64,000 bases of DNA from Acidimicrobiales bacterium (lineage in GTDB: Bacteria > Actinomycetota > Acidimicrobiia > Acidimicrobiales > VFJN01), in assembly GCA_046598715.1 (NCBI GenBank), contig JBKJIE010000093.1, positions 16,964-80,963 on the forward strand, given 5' to 3'. The position numbers and the translations under genes are program-made. Every line of letters starts with the position of its first letter. Position 1 is the stretch's first letter. A model generated the notes under the pieces. It was not told the DNA's origin, did not search any database, and saw only the letters and a list, made by a program, of their open reading frames with translations. Shown piece by piece: positions 63,668 through 64,000 of this stretch.

Positions 63668-64000
63668 TCATGGCGGCGGGGCGCGAGCACGCCCTGACCG
63701 GTGCGCGCGATCGTCCAGCCGGTGAGGGCCCGGGCCGCGTCGGCGACGTCGTGCTCGGTGTAGGGCTGCTCGCGGTGGCCGGCGTGGCCGGTGCCGTGCC
63801 CCAGCGTGAACAGCTCCAGCAGCTCCCGGGCGAAGTTCTCATTGGGAGCACCCACGCGGTTCTCCCGCCCGTCGAGCCACACGAGCATCGCGGGGTCACG
63901 AGCGACGGCATGGACAAGGTCGTCGAAGCGGCCGGGCGCGAGGTCGTAGAGGGACTGGCGCTGCAGGTAGAGCAGCTCGGCCACCTTCACCTTCTCGAGG
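63658..64000 (-). pseudogene. DUF1800-family gene fragment (continues beyond the right edge; C-terminal half missing)
   Basis: The frame is open to the window edge. DUF1800-typical [17 protein letters not shown]...[16 protein letters not shown]...RRHDKGT then degenerates into Ala/Arg/Ser/Pro shadow sequence. Confidence 0.55.

Overview
This is a visibly high-GC (not computed), densely coding chromosomal segment of actinobacterial type. I can support about 60 protein-coding genes. I recognised no rRNA, tRNA, CRISPR array, transposase or integrase by eye, but small RNAs cannot be excluded. Many adjacent genes overlap by 1 or 4 nt (GTGA/ATGA/TGATG), which points to translationally coupled operons.

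Content from left to right:
- 3.7-9.6 kb: oxidative lipid/ketone-type cluster (TetR, PF10118-like hydrolase, EthA-like Baeyer-Villiger monooxygenase (BVMO), SDR, PhyH-family dioxygenase, crotonase).
- 10.4-13.5 kb: unusual membrane metallophosphoesterase fused to an aminoacyl-phosphatidylglycerol synthase.
- 13.5-19.4 kb: gamma-glutamylation amine-catabolic operon (permease, GS-like ligase, C26 hydrolase, ALDH, SDR).
- Two large Cys-type sulfatases. The second is translationally coupled to an SDR-fold protein carrying the halohydrin dehalogenase motifs.
- 22.7-25.2 kb: stand-alone PRC/MgtE_N/CBS protein coupled to an Nramp with Mg2+-type (NRMT) site substitutions.
- 32.0-38.9 kb: cst-like sulfide/persulfide locus (CstR-type repressor with two palindromic operators, SQR, DsrC/TusE-like, DsrE-like, persulfide dioxygenase-rhodanese, TauE, plus an embedded MMPL). 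Two of its genes show apparent +1 frame disruptions.
- 40.0-43.3 kb: secreted-protein trio of unknown function.
- 43.6-47.4 kb: PotABCD-like ABC importer.
- Two partner-switching modules: sigma/STAS/degenerate anti-sigma, and GAF-PP2C/RsbW-like/STAS.
- A second BVMO, an RqlH-type RecQ-ComF fusion helicase, and decayed gene remnants (TetR, DUF1800/DUF1501).

The six-frame track is full of long Arg/Ala/Pro/Gly-rich shadow ORFs typical of high-GC DNA, and I rejected these. The origin is an inference only: an Acidimicrobiia/actinobacterial marine-type genome is plausible, because halohydrin dehalogenase HheG is known from Ilumatobacter. I cannot verify this without a database search.
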